Assembly: GCA_041661275.1 (NCBI GenBank)
Contig: JBAZUU010000006.1
Coordinates: 1-60,768, forward strand
From: Parcubacteria group bacterium
Lineage (GTDB): Bacteria > Patescibacteriota > Minisyncoccia > Moranbacterales > UBA2206
Direction: 5' to 3'
DNA length: 60,768 nt
This document shows, one piece after another, positions 57,924-60,768 of this stretch (position 1 is its first letter; each line of letters begins with the position of its first letter). Position numbers and translations under genes: made by a program. A model generated the notes under the pieces. The model was not told where the DNA came from, did not search any database, and worked only from the letters and a program-made list of their open reading frames with translations.

Positions 57924-58820
57924 ATGAACATTATTTATAATGAAGATTGCATGAGTGGTCTAGACAAGATTGATGAAAATTCAATTGATGTTTGTATTAC
58001 TGACCCACCCTATAATTATGAATTCATCGGGCATAAATGGGATTTTGAAGAAATTCAAAGACGAATAGGCCGTGTCCAGAATTCTAGCACCCTCGTTAAG
58101 CATATTCCCTATGGAAGTGGCCTCGCTGGCGGAGTAAGAAACCCGAGGTGGTACGAAAAAAATGCAAAGAATGTAAATGATTATAGAGACTGGACTCAAA
58201 AATGGGGCGAGAAAGTTTACAGAGTACTTAAGCCAGGGGCTTATATTTTAGTATTCAATAGTTCACGAACTATCGCTCATGTGCAAGTAGCGCTTGAACA
58301 AGTGGGTTTTTATGCGCGAGATATTATTGTTTGGAAAAAAAATGCAGGGATTCCGAAAGGAATAAATCTAGCAAAGAAGTTAAAAAAAGATGGCTACAAA
58401 GACGCTGACAAATGGGAAGGTTGGCATAGTTGTTTTAGAAATGAATGGGAAGCGATTGCATTGCTTCAGAAACCTCTTGAAGAAAATTATCCAACTACAA
58501 TTAAAAAATGGGGTGTTGGCGTATTGCATACTGTAAATGGTTCAGGGGGCTTTAAATCAAATGTATTTGAAAATATTGCAAGAGGTGAAAAACAGGATTT
58601 TAACATGCATTGCACTGTAAAACCAACATCTCTCATAAAACAACTCATCGAGTTGACTGTACCACTAGAAAAAGACAGGATAATACTCGATCCTTTTATG
58701 GGTTCAGGCACCACCGCAGTTGCAGCACTAGAATTGGGAGTTAAATATTTAGGTTATGAGATAGTACCTGAATATAAGAAAATAGCAGAAGATAGAATCG
58801 CGAAGCTAAAAAGTACATAG
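57924..58820 (+). CDS. DNA methyltransferase (N6-adenine or N4-cytosine, beta class)
   Basis: It has an N-terminal DPPYN motif IV and a C-terminal FMGSGTT motif I. The ATG at 57924 is preferred over 57882. Confidence 0.85.
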   Translation: MNIIYNEDCMSGLDKIDENSIDVCITDPPYNYEFIGHKWDFEEIQRRIGRVQNSSTLVKHIPYGSGLAGGVRNPRWYEKNAKNVNDYRDWTQKWGEKVYRVLKPGAYILVFNSSRTIAHVQVALEQVGFYARDIIVWKKNAGIPKGINLAKKLKKDGYKDADKWEGWHSCFRNEWEAIALLQKPLEENYPTTIKKWGVGVLHTVNGSGGFKSNVFENIARGEKQDFNMHCTVKPTSLIKQLIELTVPLEKDRIILDPFMGSGTTAVAALELGVKYLGYEIVPEYKKIAEDRIAKLKST

Positions 58821-58825
58821 AATTA

Positions 58826-59383
58826 TTACAATCTTGAAATATGATGTTCTTCTTTTACTCGTAGTAGATATTTTTCTATATCAAAGCCAGTTTTTTCTTC
58901 AATGTAATTTAAACAATCCTTTCCTACAAAAAGCTGCCAACCACCAACCTTACATGCTGTTATTGCAGCAGAAAGATTGTCGTCTCTTAAAATTAACAAA
59001 ACAGGATTATATCCCTGGTCTCTTAAAAATTTTCCATACTTTTTAAATTTTTTCAGGGTGCCAGAATCACCAGACCCAATTCGATATTTTGTATCAATTG
59101 CATCTTTACCAATAAATAAATCAGTTGGCTCATCGCCCTCTATTCTTAGCCCTGGCTTAAAATCAGGACAATTTAGCTCAGCCACTTTAGTTACCAATAA
59201 CTGCCAACACATCCCTAGCTCTCTTCCCCAATATTGTCTATTTTCTCGCTTTAGCTCTGGCGTGATATTAAAAACATCCATCAAAATATCATGGTCATTG
59301 TTCTCATTAATATAGACTTTTCCAGTGAAAGAATCTTGATATTGTTTAAGTATTTTTTTTAAATTATTCTCTAGATCATTCAT
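58826..59383 (-). CDS. Putative type II restriction endonuclease
   Basis: It converges on the methyltransferase and lies directly downstream of a C-protein gene. GDEPTD ... IDTKYR could be a PD-(D/E)xK site. Confidence 0.55.
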   Translation of the reverse strand: MNDLENNLKKILKQYQDSFTGKVYINENNDHDILMDVFNITPELKRENRQYWGRELGMCWQLLVTKVAELNCPDFKPGLRIEGDEPTDLFIGKDAIDTKYRIGSGDSGTLKKFKKYGKFLRDQGYNPVLLILRDDNLSAAITACKVGGWQLFVGKDCLNYIEEKTGFDIEKYLLRVKEEHHISRL

Positions 59384-59384
59384 A

Positions 59385-59600
59385 TTAAAAATCTTTAAAA
59401 AAATCCGACAACTTTATCTTTAATGCGTTAGCAACTTTTTCAATATTTTCTAAAGTGATATTTTTTTCAGCTCTTTCTATCATTCCAATATAGGTACGAT
59501 GAACACCTGCCCTAGAAGCAAGTTCTTCTTGAGAAAGCGTTTGCTTATGTCGCTCTTCTCTCACTTTATTTCCAAATTTTTCTAATGTTGTTTTACTCAT
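59385..59600 (-). CDS. XRE-family HTH controller (C) protein
   Basis: It is a 71 aa HTH_3-type protein (LSQEELASRAGVHRTYIGMIERAEKN) located 1 nt upstream of the endonuclease gene. Confidence 0.8.
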   Translation of the reverse strand: MSKTTLEKFGNKVREERHKQTLSQEELASRAGVHRTYIGMIERAEKNITLENIEKVANALKIKLSDFFKDF

Positions 59601-59614
59601 AATATAATGATGTA

Positions 59615-59671
59615 ATGCTAACTATAGTATAGCTAATTGCTAATTTTAGTGCTACATACTATAGTTAGCAT
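59615..59671. promoter_or_regulatory. C-box-like operator
   Basis: A perfect 16 bp inverted repeat, ATGCTAACTATAGTAT ... ATACTATAGTTAGCAT, lies immediately upstream of the C gene. Confidence 0.6.
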
Positions 59672-59803
59672 AAATAAAAACTCGCTTTTTGCGAGTTGAT
59701 AAATTTAAAAATCGTTTTTTACTGCCCCTTTGTGGGCAGAAAAAACACCTTATTACCCCTATATAAATAGATAAAAAAACTTATTTTTCCTTATTATAAA
59801 AAA

Positions 59804-59848
59804 GCAAATTTAAAAAAAGAAAAAAGAAAGAATTTTATTTCACATAAC
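59804..59848. repeat. Right arm of the 45 bp inverted repeat (F' module)
   Basis: GCAAATTTAAAAAAAGAAAAAAGAAAGAATTTTATTTCACATAAC. Confidence 0.8.
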
Positions 59849-59981
59849 GTATCCGAATATGAGAAGTTTTTGCCCGCTTCCATATTAATATTAAATGAAG
59901 AAAAGGGCAAAAATTTGGGTAAAAAATGAAATTCAAGTCCAGAATATATAAATGAGAATTTCATTTTTTCCTCATATTCGG
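59849..59981. repeat. E module, cargo-free (133 bp, MITE-like)
   Basis: It has the inverted ends GTATCCGAATATGAGAAG ... CCTCATATTCGG. Two internal hairpins are present: TTTTTGCCC/GGGCAAAAA and AAAAAATGAAATTC/GAATTTCATTTTTT. Confidence 0.8.
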
Positions 59982-60013
59982 TGTTGTGCGATGTCAAAAA
60001 TATTTTTTCACAA

Positions 60014-60460
60014 TTACACCAATAATAAATCTGGGTATTTTGGATCGGCTTCCGTTGTTAGTTCTGTTAACTCAAGATTTACTTTATCTTCAAAACTTAC
60101 TGGCAGGACTATGAAATTAACATCTTCCGGCCCAACTCTCATGCCAAATTCCAGGTCAGTAGTAAATTCATGTTTTAGATACTGACTATTATTACCTTTA
60201 AGGAAGCCGATAAAAAATTTGGTCGGTTTCTCGCTTGTGGCCTTCATAACTGCAATATTATTCCAAGCCTGAATCACTTTCTCTCGCTCGGAACTTTCTT
60301 TAATTTCCGAAGCAGACTCCTGTCCAGGCACTCCCTTTACGGAAACAAAGGAAATGTTTGGCCAGTTCTCATCACCGACCAATTTTTTTTCCATTTTGTA
60401 GTTTCTCATGTTATTTAAATTTAAAAAGTTAATTGTGAAAAAATATTTTTGATTTCGCAC
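60014..60460 (-). CDS. Hypothetical protein
   Basis: Intact ORF lying between two copies of the GTT(G/C)TGCGATGT core. No motif recognised, and the start is ambiguous. Confidence 0.45.
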   Translation of the reverse strand: MRNQKYFFTINFLNLNNMRNYKMEKKLVGDENWPNISFVSVKGVPGQESASEIKESSEREKVIQAWNNIAVMKATSEKPTKFFIGFLKGNNSQYLKHEFTTDLEFGMRVGPEDVNFIVLPVSFEDKVNLELTELTTEADPKYPDLLLV

Positions 60461-60522
60461 AATGCGCAGCTATGCGAAGTCCCGACGCTTCGTTGGGGTT
60501 TGGGCACTGCCGCATAGCGGGA

Positions 60523-60644
60523 GTTCTGCGATGTGTCGCGTCGCTTCTGTTAAGATAAATTAAATTTATCTCACCGCCCAAATTCGCATAGCTGCGCATT
60601 CTGCAAGATGGAGCGGAGCAAAGCGACGCGACATTTTGCAGAAC
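60523..60644. repeat. F module (imperfect palindrome)
   Basis: GTTCTGCGATGTGTCGCGTCGC pairs with GCGACGCGACATTTTGCAGAAC as 7 + 11 paired positions around a 4 nt mismatch. Confidence 0.8.
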
Positions 60645-60768
60645 GTATCCGAATATGAGAAGTTTTTTCCCGCTACATTATAAAATATGAATTGTAGAAA
60701 AGGGCAAAAATTTGGGTAAAAAATGAAATTCAAGTCCATTATATATATAAAAGAGAATTTCATTTTTT
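60645..60768. repeat. E module, truncated by the window end
   Basis: It has the same left end and internal hairpins as 59849-59981. Confidence 0.75.

Noticed and set aside
55285-60768. Calling the E/F modules canonical integron attC sites
   Set aside because: The ends (GCAGAAC / CACAAC ... GTTGTGC / GTTCTGC) do not satisfy RYYYAAC...GTTRRRY. Genes lie both between and inside the palindromes, and no intI is visible. I kept this as a resemblance only.

Overview
The window opens inside a 16S rRNA gene (5' end cut by the window edge). Two insertions interrupt the gene: a ~190 nt non-coding intervening sequence and a ~0.9 kb intron-like element that encodes a LAGLIDADG homing endonuclease. Interrupted 16S genes of this kind, together with the AT-rich, mostly co-directional, tightly packed genes, suggest a Candidate Phyla Radiation / Patescibacteria-type genome; this is an inference.

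Two structures stand out. (1) The last ~12-19 nt of the 16S gene (CACCTCCTTTCTAGGGAG, which includes the anti-Shine-Dalgarno tail) plus a ~260-350 nt downstream trailer occur four times on the + strand, at 2293, 14833, 24912 and 29731. The copies differ in sequence but keep at least four helices through compensatory base changes, and each ends in an intrinsic terminator. They divide ~27 kb into cargo segments. The first segment carries two tyrosine recombinases. A later segment carries a frameshifted, truncated paralog of the first integrase. I read this as tandem integrative islands stacked at the 3' end of the 16S gene, each bringing its own replacement trailer RNA. (2) From ~55.25 kb to the window end lies an array of alternating inverted repeats, with two interlocking palindromic modules here called E and F. 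Cargo sits between the arms: hicAB, a C-protein-controlled restriction-modification system, a two-gene winged-helix module with its own ~60 bp direct repeats, and an orphan gene. The array resembles an integron attC array, a shufflon or a BIME array, but it does not fit the canonical attC consensus.

Other content: a Trp-themed accessory cluster (T-box leader, GATase, TrpD-like, HAD, PfkB and BtpA genes, tRNA-Trp, trpS, and a zinc-ribbon-fused PLP decarboxylase). There are also two paralogous ArsR-controlled metal/redox cassettes with an identical operator, a Fic protein, efflux systems (MFS/HlyD, MacAB-like, ABC-2), an ECF sigma factor, and an ApbE/FMN-binding/FAD-reductase module. No CRISPR array was seen.
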